A stretch of 64,000 bases of DNA from Candidatus Omnitrophota bacterium (GCA_945877765.1 CAMDWQ010000001.1:22253-86252), one strand, 5' to 3'; counted from the stretch's first letter, positions 53,387 through 63,470 are shown. The notes: generated from the sequence alone by a model not told the origin. A program made the numbers and translations.

Positions 53387-54703
53387 TTAATTTTCCACCA
53401 TTTTTTTGCGGGCAAGCGCCACTAAATAGAGCGAGCCTGTAACCAACACCAGATCGTCGTCGCCCGCGTCATGACAGGCTTGAGAGAATAAGGTTTGAAA
53501 ATCACGATCCATCACGGATTTTTTGCCCAGTCCCTCAATCGCCTCGGAAATTTTTTCGCATGCCAGAGAGCGATCGTGCCCCGACTGAGTCACATAAAAT
53601 TGATCGGTTTCCGGTAAAAGCTCTTCAAGTATTCCTGCCAAATCCTTGTCTTGGGAAACCCCCAATACCACCAAGAGCCGGGTAAAATGAAAATGCCTTC
53701 GCAATCCCAGAAGCATACGCCGCATACTTTCGCGGTTATGCGCTCCATCCACAACAATCTGCGGGTGATCAGAAATTTTTTCAAGCCTCCCAGGCCAGCG
53801 CGCATCGCGCACACCCTGCTTGACGGCTTCGGGACTGATCTTGATACGCGTCTTATCTTCGAAACAACCCGCCATTGCTATCGCCTGCGCCGCATTTTCC
53901 ATTTGATGTTCACCTAAAAGATGGAGCGTTAAATCATAATAGCTTCCAAATGGCGTTTTGACATCCAGCTTTTGGAAATCGGGTCCATGATTGCGCTCCA
54001 TGAGCTTCACTTCACGTCCCAGCCAAAATAATTTGGCCTCGCGCTCTAGCGCTGTTTCCGTGATGACGCCCTCCGCCTCCCGGGATTGCGCCGCAGATAC
54101 CACGTGTTCGCGGCCCTTAATCACCCCGCATTTTTGGACAGCGATTTTTGAAATTGTCTTTCCCAGCTTATCGGTGTGCTCAAGACTGATCGGTGTCATC
54201 CCAACGACCTTTGCTTCCGCAATATTGGTCGAATCATACAACCCCCCAAGACCTACTTCCAAAATAGCTACTTGGACCTTCATTTCCTTAAAATGAACAA
54301 AAGCAAGAGCTGTTAACACTTCGAAATAGGTTGGCATGTCCTTTCGCCACGAATATTCATCGAGCATTTTTGAAAGGGGTGTCAAATACTCAGCAAAACG
54401 GGTTTCGCTAATCTCAAGCCCGTTCACTCGAATCCGTTCCCGCACATCCGAAAGGTGGGGCGAAGTATAGAGCCCTACTTTTAAGTTTTCCATGCGTAAG
54501 ATCGAACTTAAAATCGCGGCGACTGAGCCCTTCCCTTTGGATCCGGCGATGATGATTGACGGATACGCCTTCTGAGGATTCCCCAGTGATTTGACCAATC
54601 GACGCATGCGATCCAAACTCATCGCTTCGGGATATTCAAACGACTTTTCTTTTTCTAGATTGGTGAGGGTCTCTAGATACTCCAAAGAGTCAGGATAATT
54701 CAT
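53387..54703 (-). CDS. folC: Bifunctional folylpolyglutamate synthase / dihydrofolate synthase (Mur ligase family)
   Basis: 438 aa. P-loop IIIAGSKGKGSVAA and the Mur-ligase middle and C-terminal domains (DGAHN). Confidence 0.85.
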   Translation of the reverse strand: MNYPDSLEYLETLTNLEKEKSFEYPEAMSLDRMRRLVKSLGNPQKAYPSIIIAGSKGKGSVAAILSSILRMENLKVGLYTSPHLSDVRERIRVNGLEISETRFAEYLTPLSKMLDEYSWRKDMPTYFEVLTALAFVHFKEMKVQVAILEVGLGGLYDSTNIAEAKVVGMTPISLEHTDKLGKTISKIAVQKCGVIKGREHVVSAAQSREAEGVITETALEREAKLFWLGREVKLMERNHGPDFQKLDVKTPFGSYYDLTLHLLGEHQMENAAQAIAMAGCFEDKTRIKISPEAVKQGVRDARWPGRLEKISDHPQIVVDGAHNRESMRRMLLGLRRHFHFTRLLVVLGVSQDKDLAGILEELLPETDQFYVTQSGHDRSLACEKISEAIEGLGKKSVMDRDFQTLFSQACHDAGDDDLVLVTGSLYLVALARKKMVEN

Positions 54704-54731
54704 AAGGATTGCTCGATTGCTTTAGGGAAAA

Positions 54732-55280
54732 CTACGCTTGTCCAGCGTCCGCCGCCGGAGTCGCCAAAATTACCGCGGGAGCAGCGGGGACAGCGGGAGC
54801 GGGGACATCGGGGACAGTGGCTGCCGAAACCGGAGCCGATGCGCTGCTCAACCGTTTTTTTGCTTCTTCGAGGAGCGTCATCAGACCCTCCTCGCGCTGG
54901 GCCTGCTTTTCTATTTCCGCCGTAAGTTCAGAAATTTTTTTTTCTTTTTGATCGTTGTCTGCAACGAGCGTTTCATTCACGTACTGCAAAACTTTGTCCT
55001 TGCCCAACAGATCATCCATGGCCTGTTTATTTTTTTGTACTAACTCACTAAGCTTTTTCTCGATCTCCCCATTCTCACGAAGCAGTGCTTCGTTTTGCTT
55101 TTGTAAAAAATTTAGAGGTGCCTTTGCCTCGGCCAGCTGCCGCTCTAAATCTTCAATTATCGATTGCTCGTAAACGTAGAGGGCAATCAATCCTAAAAAA
55201 AGGCCGACAAAAACTGCTGACGCCAAAAAAAAACGGCGCGGGGATTCTTGTTTCTTGATGGCGTCAGCGGCTAGATTCAT
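54732..55280 (-). CDS. Membrane-anchored coiled-coil protein with Ala/Pro-rich C-terminus (hypothetical; possibly division or envelope-associated)
   Basis: 182 aa. One N-terminal TM (FFLASAVFVGLFLGLIALYVY), a long coiled-coil and an APAVPAAPAV tail. Confidence 0.45.
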   Translation of the reverse strand: MNLAADAIKKQESPRRFFLASAVFVGLFLGLIALYVYEQSIIEDLERQLAEAKAPLNFLQKQNEALLRENGEIEKKLSELVQKNKQAMDDLLGKDKVLQYVNETLVADNDQKEKKISELTAEIEKQAQREEGLMTLLEEAKKRLSSASAPVSAATVPDVPAPAVPAAPAVILATPAADAGQA

Positions 55281-55519
55281 TTTTTACAGGAATCTCCATC
55301 CGTTTTGCAACCAGGACACTTCATGCAGCAAGACACTAACTTTAGAATACCGGCTACACCAATCAGACCATACACAATCTTAGCACCCGTAGTTCCGCTT
55401 CCAAGAGCCATTGCCACTAAATCCATGTTGAAAATGCCGTAAAGGCCCCAATTAATAGCGCCTACAACGACAAGAAGCCCCGCCACCTTACAACCTGGAC
55501 AAACTCCGTTTTTCATCAT
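55277..55519 (-). CDS. DUF378-like small membrane protein with Cys-rich termini
   Basis: 80 aa. GAINWGLYGIFNMDLVAMALG...KIVYGLIGVAGI matches the DUF378 core. It is flanked by CPGCK (N-terminal) and CCMKCPGCKTDGDSC (C-terminal). Confidence 0.55.
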   Translation of the reverse strand: MMKNGVCPGCKVAGLLVVVGAINWGLYGIFNMDLVAMALGSGTTGAKIVYGLIGVAGILKLVSCCMKCPGCKTDGDSCKK

Positions 55520-55580
55520 ACGCCCTCCTTGGTATTGCGTTGAACTACCGGACTAAAAAAATCTGACCTGGACACGTCTT

Positions 55581-57131
55581 TTAGTGTTTGAAGTGCCGCA
55601 CCCCGGTAAAAACCATACAAATTTTTGCTTTGTCGCAAGCATCAATGATCGCCTGGTCCTGAATAGATCCACCCGGCTGAATCACCGCACTGATTCCATG
55701 TTTGCGGGCAAGCGCAATGGAATCGGGCTTGGGGAAAAAGCCATCAGATGCAAGCACAGCCCCTTTAGATTTTTTTCCTGCTTTACGAAAGGCGGTCTCG
55801 GCTGAATCCACGCGGGATGTCTGCCCCATGCCCAAGCCTAATGTAGCACCATTTTTGGCGATGACGATTGCGTTTGATTTTAAATAGCGCGAAACCTTAA
55901 ACGCAAACAAAAGATCTGGGATTTGATTTTTTTTAGGTTTTAACTTCGTCACACATTGAAGATCTCCGGCAACAGGGTCTTTGGTATCGCCCTCCTGCAG
56001 CAGAAGCCCGCCGGAAACTTTTTTAAAATCATATTTCGCATCCGTATCCGCTTTGGTATCCATGACCAGAAGTCTTAGGTTTTTTTTCTGCGTCAAAATG
56101 GCAAGAGCGCCTTTTGAAAAACCGGCCGCAACGATGCACTCCAAGAAACCGCTTTTTGAAATTTCAGCCGCCGTCTTTTCATCCACTGGGCCGTTAAAAC
56201 CGACGATGCCTCCAAACGCTGACAACGAATCGCAGGCAAACGCGCTTTTAAACGCTTGAGCACTGTCGCGCCCCACGGCAAAGCCGCACGGGTTGGTGTG
56301 TTTGGTGATCACACACGCGGGTTCTTTAAAATCCGCCACCACATTCCAAGCTGCGTCTAAGTCCAGAAGGTTGTTAAATGAAAGCTCCTTGCCATGAAGC
56401 TGCTTAGCGTTAACAATTCCCTCGGACGCCGGAACCTCTTGGTAAAGCGTCCCCTTTTGATGCGGATTTTCTCCGTAACGCAAATCAGCCGATTTTTTAA
56501 AAGAAAGGTTGAAGGTTTCCGGAAAGTCTGTCGAAGAGGTCTTGTGCTCCTTATGGAAATAATCCGAAATCAGGCTGTCATAGGAAGCGGTTAACTTAAA
56601 TACTTTTCCGGCAAGTTGGCGGCCTGTGGACTCACTCAAAGAGCCGCCGTTTTGACGAAGTTCGGTGATAATCCTCTGGTAATCCGATGGATCGGACACC
56701 GAGGCCACGAAACGAAAATTTTTAGCGGCACTGCGCAGCATCGAAGGCCCGCCGATGTCGATCATTTCGATAATTTCCTGCTCTTTGGTCTTGCTGCGCG
56801 CCGCCTCCGCAAAGGGATAGAGATTAACCGCCAAAAGATCGATGGTGCCGATTTGATGCTCGAGCAGTGTTTGCATGTGCTTGGGATCATCCCGTAAAGC
56901 CAGAATGCCCGCATGCAAACGCGGGTGCAATGTTTTCACGCGGCCGCTAAGCATTTCCGGAAACTGGGTAATCTCCGCTACTTCTTTGACGGGGACTTTC
57001 TCTTTCCGTAAAAGCTCGGCCGTGCCTCCCGTCGAAATTAGCACAACGCCCAATGCGTGCAATGCCCTGGCAAAATCCAAAATCCCCGTTTTATCGTAAA
57101 CACTCAAAAGAGCCCGCTTTACCTTAATCAT
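55581..57131 (-). CDS. purH: Bifunctional AICAR transformylase / IMP cyclohydrolase
   Basis: 516 aa. N-terminal MGS-like IMPCH domain (RALLSVYDKTGI, ISTGGTA) and the C-terminal AICARFT domain. Confidence 0.9.
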   Translation of the reverse strand: MIKVKRALLSVYDKTGILDFARALHALGVVLISTGGTAELLRKEKVPVKEVAEITQFPEMLSGRVKTLHPRLHAGILALRDDPKHMQTLLEHQIGTIDLLAVNLYPFAEAARSKTKEQEIIEMIDIGGPSMLRSAAKNFRFVASVSDPSDYQRIITELRQNGGSLSESTGRQLAGKVFKLTASYDSLISDYFHKEHKTSSTDFPETFNLSFKKSADLRYGENPHQKGTLYQEVPASEGIVNAKQLHGKELSFNNLLDLDAAWNVVADFKEPACVITKHTNPCGFAVGRDSAQAFKSAFACDSLSAFGGIVGFNGPVDEKTAAEISKSGFLECIVAAGFSKGALAILTQKKNLRLLVMDTKADTDAKYDFKKVSGGLLLQEGDTKDPVAGDLQCVTKLKPKKNQIPDLLFAFKVSRYLKSNAIVIAKNGATLGLGMGQTSRVDSAETAFRKAGKKSKGAVLASDGFFPKPDSIALARKHGISAVIQPGGSIQDQAIIDACDKAKICMVFTGVRHFKH

Positions 57132-58002
57132 TTATTTCACCTTTTGTTTGCATCCTGACGCGTTGGAAATCGTCGGCTAAAATTTTAGTCACGGGACCGG
57201 GCAAGCCCGGCCCGATGAGCCGTCCGTCAAGCTTGACCACCGGTAGAATCTCCGAGGAGGTATTGGTCATAAAACACTCATCGGCATTGTAAATCTCGTG
57301 GCGTGTAAAAAAAGTTTCAAGCACTTCCAATCCCCGCTGGCGGCACAATTCAATCACAAACGCGCGTGTTACCCCACTTAAAATACCCGAACCTACCGAG
57401 GGTGTCAAAACCCTTTTTTTCTTAATAATAAAAAGATTGGACACAGTGCCTTCCGCGATATATCCCCCATCGCCCAAAAAGAGAAGCTCGTGTGCTTTTT
57501 GGCCGCTCTCATCCAAAGTGGCTAGCACCCCGCCGGCGTACTGAGAGCATTTGATCTGTGGATTATCCGCTTTTAAGCTCGGGCGGCGCAATACGGCAGT
57601 CTTCATCGCGACACCGGCTTGATACCACTCCTTTGGGTAAGACTTAAATTCTCTGACCAGGGCAGCAATCACACCTTCGCCCTCGCGGTCCCAGTGAATC
57701 GAAACTCGCACCATCGCGTCCGAATACCCGCTGGCTTGGAGAACTTCATCAATCCATGCACTCATCGCGTCCGCCTCCAGCGGAAGATGCTGCCCGAGGC
57801 CCGCACACGATTCTTCCAGCCGCTGCCAATGCTCGGCCAAATGAAAAAAGACACCCCCGTAAGCTCGAACCGTCTCAAAAACCGAAAGCCGATTTAAAAA
57901 AGAGAGGCTAAGGTTTTCGGAGTTGCTGCAAGATGGCTCGGGTGCCCCCTGCTCCAAAGAGAGCCGTGAGAACCGCCTCTGCCTTATAAAGGGTTTCGTC
58001 AT
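57124..58002 (-). CDS. pabC: Aminodeoxychorismate lyase (PLP-dependent fold-type IV aminotransferase family)
   Basis: Class IV aminotransferase motifs (ETVRAYGG, LFLGDGGYIAEGTVSNLFII). The ORF-track start at 58059 overlaps pabB by 150 nt. The true start is probably an internal Met (58002) or a TTG/GTG near 57910. Confidence 0.65.
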   Translation of the reverse strand: MTKPFIRQRRFSRLSLEQGAPEPSCSNSENLSLSFLNRLSVFETVRAYGGVFFHLAEHWQRLEESCAGLGQHLPLEADAMSAWIDEVLQASGYSDAMVRVSIHWDREGEGVIAALVREFKSYPKEWYQAGVAMKTAVLRRPSLKADNPQIKCSQYAGGVLATLDESGQKAHELLFLGDGGYIAEGTVSNLFIIKKKRVLTPSVGSGILSGVTRAFVIELCRQRGLEVLETFFTRHEIYNADECFMTNTSSEILPVVKLDGRLIGPGLPGPVTKILADDFQRVRMQTKGEIND

Positions 58003-59359
58003 ATTCTTTTTCCGGATCTGAATCCGCCACAATGCCGGCCCCCACCTGCAGATGGGCAACGCCGTCTTTGACCACTAAACTACGAATGATGATATTAAAA
58101 TCCATGTCCCCGGTAAAGCTAAAATACCCTAGCGACCCCGTATAAGGGCCGCGCGCTACCGGCTCCAACTGATCGATGATTTGCATCGACCGGATTTTCG
58201 GCGCACCGGTAATCGTTCCTCCTGGGAAAAAAGCTGAAAACGCATCCACCGCGTCGAGCCCTGTTTTTAGATCCGCGCTTATCGCCGAAACTAGATGTTT
58301 TACATGGGAATAATTTTCAATCGTCATGAGCTCATCCACGCGCACGCTTCCATATTCGGCGACGCGCCCAAGATCATTACGTTCTAAATCCACGAGCATA
58401 ATATGCTCCGCCCGCTCTTTTTCATTGATTAAAAGCTCTAGAGAAACCGCTCTGTCCTTTTGGGGGCCCCTGCCGCGAGCCCGCGTGCCGGCGATGGGAC
58501 GAGTTTGAAGACGGTCCCCTTCCAGCTTGAGCAAGCGCTCAGGCGAGCCCGAAAGAATCTGAAAATGACCCGCATCTAAAATTCCAAAAAAAGAAGAGGG
58601 GTTTACTTTTTTTAATTTTTCGTACACCGTTTCGACCGGCTCATTGAGCGAAAAACTAAGCCTCTGAGAAAGATTGGCCTGAAAAATATCCCCCTGGCGG
58701 ATAAAGCTTTTGGCGCGCTGGACCATCGAAATAAATTCGCGCCGGTTAACCGAAGCGCTTATTTTTGGCAGGGACGGCGTCCTTTTTGGCTGAGTCTTTT
58801 TTTTAGCGCGTTTTCTTTTTTTAGAAAAAAAACTTAAGATCTTTTTTTCTAAAATAGATAGCCGTCTCCCTGCAAGCCCTGCCTTGCGATGAACACAAAA
58901 AAGAAGTGCTTGTTTCTTTTGGTGATCAAACAAAACACCCTCATCAATCAAAAGAAAATACATCCAAGGAAGCCCCAAATCTTCTCTGGCGCTAGTAGAC
59001 AGGGACGGCTCCATTATTTTTTTGGCCTCATACCCGGCAAAACCAACAGCTCCCCCGCAAAAAGAAAGATCACCCGGCTTGCGCGTCACACGGCGGCTCG
59101 CCAGCAGTCGCTTTAGATGCAAAAGCGGCCTTCCGCGGACAACCTTGTTTTTTTTGCCTCTCACCTTAATGGTTGTTTGGCCCTGGCAATACTGGAAGAT
59201 GTGGGAGGGGTTCCCAGCCGCCAGCGAGTAGCGGCCCTGCCCCGGAAGAACGCGCGCGCTTTCCAAAAGAACCGCCGGTGGGCGCGCTCCCAGCGCCTGA
59301 TAGGCTTCCAGGGGGGTGATTTTGTTTTTAATTTTTTTAAAGAAAATGGAATATTTCAA
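57908..59359 (-). CDS. pabB: Aminodeoxychorismate synthase component I (chorismate-binding enzyme, PabB/TrpE family)
   Basis: 483 aa. Chorismate-binding domain motifs (GGAVGFAGYE, PIAGTRARG, ERAEHIMLVDLERNDLGRV, GGTITGAPK). The adjacent pabC supports PabB over TrpE. Confidence 0.8.
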   Translation of the reverse strand: MKYSIFFKKIKNKITPLEAYQALGARPPAVLLESARVLPGQGRYSLAAGNPSHIFQYCQGQTTIKVRGKKNKVVRGRPLLHLKRLLASRRVTRKPGDLSFCGGAVGFAGYEAKKIMEPSLSTSAREDLGLPWMYFLLIDEGVLFDHQKKQALLFCVHRKAGLAGRRLSILEKKILSFFSKKRKRAKKKTQPKRTPSLPKISASVNRREFISMVQRAKSFIRQGDIFQANLSQRLSFSLNEPVETVYEKLKKVNPSSFFGILDAGHFQILSGSPERLLKLEGDRLQTRPIAGTRARGRGPQKDRAVSLELLINEKERAEHIMLVDLERNDLGRVAEYGSVRVDELMTIENYSHVKHLVSAISADLKTGLDAVDAFSAFFPGGTITGAPKIRSMQIIDQLEPVARGPYTGSLGYFSFTGDMDFNIIIRSLVVKDGVAHLQVGAGIVADSDPEKEYDETLYKAEAVLTALFGAGGTRAILQQLRKP

Positions 59360-59369
59360 ATCGAATCAG

Positions 59370-59927
59370 CTACAGGTAGCCGATTTTTTGTTTTTTTAGA
59401 CTAATTTGAAGCTTTAAATCTTGAATCTCTTCGCTTAAGGGGCGTATTTTTTCATTGAGCATAAGAACCCGCTCCTCCCATTTCTTTTTTTCCTGGGATG
59501 AGAGAGAAATCCCTTTGGATTCTTTTAAAACATGCACGACATCGACGAGCGTTTTTTGATAACCTTCAAGCTCCGCCTGTTTTTTTTCAATGCTAGCCTC
59601 CGCTAGCTCGATCTCACCTTTAAGTCGAGAGCGGTTCACCTCGATAGCGACGCGAAATTGCTCAATTTTTCGGTTCTGCGCCTTGGCATAAAGATCATAC
59701 TGGCCGCGAAGCCTTTCAACTTCAGCATCCAGCACTTTTTTCCTGGATAAAAGATCTTCTTTGATGCGCGCGATTTGTGCGTGGGCCGCATCACGCTGGA
59801 GCATCATCTGTTTGAAGGCGGGGTCTTCTTTCGTCAAGCGCCCAAGCTCATCAGGATTACGATTCCACTGACAGCCAGCGGCAAAAAAACAAAGCAAAAA
59901 AAGACTAAGTAGAATTTTTTTCATCAA
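59370..59927 (-). CDS. Putative coiled-coil lipoprotein (hypothetical)
   Basis: 185 aa. MMKKILLSLFLLCFFAAGC is a signal peptide with a lipobox-like AAGC. The rest is a charged coiled-coil. Confidence 0.45.
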   Translation of the reverse strand: MMKKILLSLFLLCFFAAGCQWNRNPDELGRLTKEDPAFKQMMLQRDAAHAQIARIKEDLLSRKKVLDAEVERLRGQYDLYAKAQNRKIEQFRVAIEVNRSRLKGEIELAEASIEKKQAELEGYQKTLVDVVHVLKESKGISLSSQEKKKWEERVLMLNEKIRPLSEEIQDLKLQISLKKQKIGYL

Positions 59928-59969
59928 GTTGACTATATCATAAATGGGCTGGAATTCTCAACTTGCGGC

Positions 59970-60003
59970 AAATAAAAAAAAGGCGGGAGCAGCGCTCCCG
60001 CCT
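59970..60003. terminator. Rho-independent terminator (GC-rich hairpin flanked by A/T runs)
   Basis: aaaaaaaaggcgggagcagcgctcccgcctttt. On the minus strand the stem is followed by T8, and it lies 20 nt downstream of the 60024..60701 gene. Confidence 0.7.
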
Positions 60004-60023
60004 TTTCCTTCAACAGCCTAAGG

Positions 60024-60701
60024 TTATTTTTTGGCCTTAAAGCTGTCAATGAGACTGCCCACATACCGGGCGGCCATATCTTTACAGCCAAGTCCTATTG
60101 CTAAACCAATACCAAGCGCCAAAGCCGCAAGAGTGGCCTTAATCAGCAGCTCGATAATGGAAGTATCGATGCGCAGTTGTTTGAGCGCTTCGACAATCGT
60201 AAATATCACCACAATGACCTGACTAAATTGGCCCAGTGAGCGTGCTTGAGGAATACCGGCGTTAGCCGCCGCTGTCCGCACCGTATTAGCCATGATGCTG
60301 GCAAAGAAAATACCCAGCACCAAAATAAACACACTGGCAATCACGTTTGGCACGTACAGAATCACCTGGTTCAACAGCTCTGCTGCTACGGTGAGTTGTA
60401 GCGCATTGACCGCCGCAAGGAGCACCACCAGCATCAAAAGCCAATAAATGATCACTCCCATGATTTCGGAGAGCGTGTAATTGATGTCTCCTTTGGTGAG
60501 GATGTTGGCGATCCCAATTTTCTCACTGACCGTATCTAGACGTGCAAGCTTAAGAAAACGCGTGATGACTTTCTTGGCAATAGCCGCCAAGATCCACCCA
60601 ATGATTAAAATCAATAAAACACTCACCAGCGTGGGTATAAAACCAAGCACTCGTGTCCACATCGCTTCCACAGGCTGCATAATTGTCGCTTCCCAGTCCA
60701 T
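60024..60701 (-). CDS. Small membrane protein with tandem conserved TM-helix repeats (MscS-associated TM_helix family-like)
   Basis: 225 aa, four or five TM segments. Two internal repeats resemble the conserved TM-helix module found N-terminal in MscS-type channels. Confidence 0.45.
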   Translation of the reverse strand: MDWEATIMQPVEAMWTRVLGFIPTLVSVLLILIIGWILAAIAKKVITRFLKLARLDTVSEKIGIANILTKGDINYTLSEIMGVIIYWLLMLVVLLAAVNALQLTVAAELLNQVILYVPNVIASVFILVLGIFFASIMANTVRTAAANAGIPQARSLGQFSQVIVVIFTIVEALKQLRIDTSIIELLIKATLAALALGIGLAIGLGCKDMAARYVGSLIDSFKAKK

Positions 60702-60836
60702 AGGGCCCTCCCTCAGTAAGAACTACAAATTTTAACCAAGTATACTTAAGTTACATTTATAATACTAAAATACTATCTGATTGTCAACTTAAATAGGCAA
60801 TTTATGGCAAAATTTAGCAGAATGAAAGATAAGTGT

Positions 60837-60950
60837 CCCCTTGTCATTCCCGAATTGTTTGATCGGGAATCAAACCTTAAAGTTAGACATGATCCCCGAT
60901 TAGAGATCTCGGGGATGACGCTGGGGGGGTGTTCGTGGATGACGCTGGAC
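60837..60950 (+). repeat. Dispersed dual-hairpin repeat element, copy C
   Basis: ccccttgtcattcccgaattgtttgatcgggaatcaaacctt...catgatccccgattagagatctcggggatgacgctgggggggtg. Same orientation and same G7 tail as copy A. It lies in the intergenic gap between gpmA and the TM-helix-repeat protein. Confidence 0.8.
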
Positions 60951-60965
60951 GGATTATGGCGAGAG

Positions 60966-61580
60966 TTAAGCGATTTCTTTTTTAGAAACAATGTTCATGT
61001 TTGAATCGAAAACGTAGATTCTCGGCACAGCCGTCCCTAAATTAAGTTCAAGGACTTGCTCCTTGGTCAACTTTTCTATTTCCATGACGATCGACCGCAG
61101 GCTATTGCCATGGGCGGCCACAATGACGTTATTACCGCCTTTCAAGTCGCGCACAATGTTGTTGTTAAAATACGGCAGGGTCCGAGCGGCGGTATCCTTA
61201 AGACTCTCCCCATTGGGCGGTGCAATATCGTAGGACCTTCTCCATATCTTAACTTGCTCGTCTCCAAACTTTTTGGCAGTCTCAGCCTTATCCAGACCCT
61301 GAAGATCTCCGTAATGTCTCTCGTTAAGCGCTTGATCTTTTTGGATGGGGATGTTCTGCTGGCCAAGCTTTTCAAGAATAGATGCTAACGTTTCCTGAGC
61401 ACGTTTAAGTAAAGAGGTGTAGGCTAAATCAAACCGAATATTTTCTTTCTTTAGCTTCTCCCCCGCCGCGGCGGCTTCTTCGATGCCTAAGGGGCTAAGC
61501 GGCACGTCCACCCATCCGGTAAAACGGTTTTCAAGATTCCACTGCGACTGCCCATGACGAACCAAAACGAGTATCGACAT
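60966..61580 (-). CDS. gpmA: 2,3-bisphosphoglycerate-dependent phosphoglycerate mutase (short-form dPGM)
   Basis: 204 aa. LVRHGQSQWN (catalytic His), RFTGWVD, ERHYGDLQG, AHGNSLR. Confidence 0.85.
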   Translation of the reverse strand: MSILVLVRHGQSQWNLENRFTGWVDVPLSPLGIEEAAAAGEKLKKENIRFDLAYTSLLKRAQETLASILEKLGQQNIPIQKDQALNERHYGDLQGLDKAETAKKFGDEQVKIWRRSYDIAPPNGESLKDTAARTLPYFNNNIVRDLKGGNNVIVAAHGNSLRSIVMEIEKLTKEQVLELNLGTAVPRIYVFDSNMNIVSKKEIA

Positions 61581-61605
61581 TCTTATCTCCTATGTTAAAA
61601 GTCAT

Positions 61606-61645
61606 TCAAAAAAAGAAGGAGTCTCGCTTGAAAAGCAAGACTCCC
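61606..61645 (-). terminator. Rho-independent terminator downstream of the BI-1 family gene
   Basis: Minus-strand reading: ggagtcttgc-tttt-caagcgagactcc followed by ttctttttttg. Confidence 0.6.
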
Positions 61646-61674
61646 TCGATCAACAGTCTTTGATTAAACGATTA

Positions 61675-62370
61675 CTATCGTCTTTTTCCGAAAAGTCTCA
61701 GAAGCAACATAAATAAATTAATAAAATCAAGATACAGCATCAGAGCGCCCATGACCACGTACTTATTTTCTGCATCGGCATTCTCAAAGCCCATCGCGTA
61801 CATTTTCTTTAGTTTCTGTGTGTCGTACGCAACAAGGATGACAAATACCGCAATCCCCACAAACGTGATCACCCACATCAACCCCGAGCTCTTAAGAAAT
61901 ATATTCACGACGCTGGCAAGGATGACTCCGATAAGTGACATCATCGCCAAGCCGCCTATCGAGGTAAGGTCTTTTTTAGTGGTCAAGCCGTAAGCACTAA
62001 AGAAAAAGAACGTCCCTGCGGTAATGGCAAACGTCTGCATCACCGAAGCGCCTGTATAGGCCAACAAAATCACGCTCACCGTCACCCCATTTAAAATCGA
62101 ATAAACGCAAAATATAGTCGATGCCAGACTGGCGCTCATCGTTTGGATTCTGGCGGATAGCCAGACAACCAGCGCAATTTCGGCAATGAAGATACCGATA
62201 AACGCCCATTGATTGCCAAGAATAGCTCGAAGCGCTTGCGGCTGTGACAAGAGTGCAAACGAAGCCCCTGTCGAAAGAATTAGCCCAAAAGACATCCACA
62301 GAAACACCTTGGATATAAAGCTTGATTCTGATAGTTGGGCGGATGAACCGCTGACAATTCTATTTTGCAT
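61675..62370 (-). CDS. Bax inhibitor-1 / YccA family membrane protein
   Basis: 231 aa, seven TM helices. The family-typical C-terminal LYLDFINLFMLLLRLFG. Confidence 0.8.
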   Translation of the reverse strand: MQNRIVSGSSAQLSESSFISKVFLWMSFGLILSTGASFALLSQPQALRAILGNQWAFIGIFIAEIALVVWLSARIQTMSASLASTIFCVYSILNGVTVSVILLAYTGASVMQTFAITAGTFFFFSAYGLTTKKDLTSIGGLAMMSLIGVILASVVNIFLKSSGLMWVITFVGIAVFVILVAYDTQKLKKMYAMGFENADAENKYVVMGALMLYLDFINLFMLLLRLFGKRR

Positions 62371-62406
62371 GACTACCTCCTCTTTAAAAAATGGGTTGTT
62401 GCGCGA

Positions 62407-63387
62407 TTACTCAATCGGGATCCTGATCCGTGTTCCCTTGCGAGGGCGGTTAGGATTAGAGATCACGTCTTTATTAAACTCATAAATCCGGTTCCACTGC
62501 GTGCCGTCGCCGTACTCCTTCTTGGCAATTCCCCAGAGCGTGTCTCCGCTTTTGATAACGTATTCTTTGACATCCACTTTCACAGCGCTCTCAAATTGCT
62601 TATTTTCCTCGACCACTTGCTGACCTTGCGAGGTTTCACCGAACAGTGACGCTTTATCAGCAGGAATCTGCACTTCTTCAACTTCAGCGATCATGAACTG
62701 AGCGTTACGATCCTTCTGCATTCCCACCAGATCCCCTTTAGAGGCTAAAGCATCCAGCTTTCCACGGCTTAAAATTTTAATGCGGTCTTCCGGGAGCCCT
62801 TGAGAAGTCAGGTAAGCCTTCACGTTGTCCGCCCGGCGCTCACCAAGCTTCATGTTGTACTTCTCAGAACCACGAGTATCCGCATTTCCTGTGATAAGAA
62901 TATCGGCGTTGGGATTGCGGTCCAGAGTGCCGATCGCCTGATTCAGCGTGTCCGCCGCATCGTCACGAATATCCGCTTTGTCGTAATCAAAATAAACTTT
63001 CACATTTTTAATAATTTTTTTGATAACCAGCGATGATTTCATCGGGCCCGCTTCGGACTTGTAATCAAAAATAACTTTGCGGACATAAACCCAACCCTGG
63101 TTTCCCCACGCATCTAGCGTAGGATTGGCCTGACCAGGGGCCGTCGGCCACCACCAGTAACCGCTTCGGGACGGATCCGGATCTTTAAAAGGCGCCGGCT
63201 TAGCATCGGAAGGCCACCAAGAAAAACGGTTGGCCATCTCCTCATCCTGGGAATTTTGAACCTTCGGAAAATCAATCTTGACCAAGGCTGTTTCGGGGGT
63301 TTGAGAATTCTCGGCAGCGGCTGGGATTGCCACGAATATCATGCTAAAAATTAGAGCCGAAAAAACCACTCGAATATGACGCGTCAT
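62407..63387 (-). CDS. OmpA-family peptidoglycan-binding protein with C-terminal LysM domain
   Basis: 326 aa. Signal peptide. OmpA_C-like (VYFDYDKADIRDDAADTLNQ...NADTRGSEKYNMKLGERRADNV). C-terminal LysM (YVIKSGDTLWGIAKKEYGDGTQWNRIYEFN). Confidence 0.75.
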   Translation of the reverse strand: MTRHIRVVFSALIFSMIFVAIPAAAENSQTPETALVKIDFPKVQNSQDEEMANRFSWWPSDAKPAPFKDPDPSRSGYWWWPTAPGQANPTLDAWGNQGWVYVRKVIFDYKSEAGPMKSSLVIKKIIKNVKVYFDYDKADIRDDAADTLNQAIGTLDRNPNADILITGNADTRGSEKYNMKLGERRADNVKAYLTSQGLPEDRIKILSRGKLDALASKGDLVGMQKDRNAQFMIAEVEEVQIPADKASLFGETSQGQQVVEENKQFESAVKVDVKEYVIKSGDTLWGIAKKEYGDGTQWNRIYEFNKDVISNPNRPRKGTRIRIPIE

Positions 63388-63470
63388 AGAGAAAACCTTT
63401 TTTGTTAATTTCTAATCAATAGTTGGGGGTGATTTCAATTTATTTAGGATACTAAAAGCATTTGCCTTCG

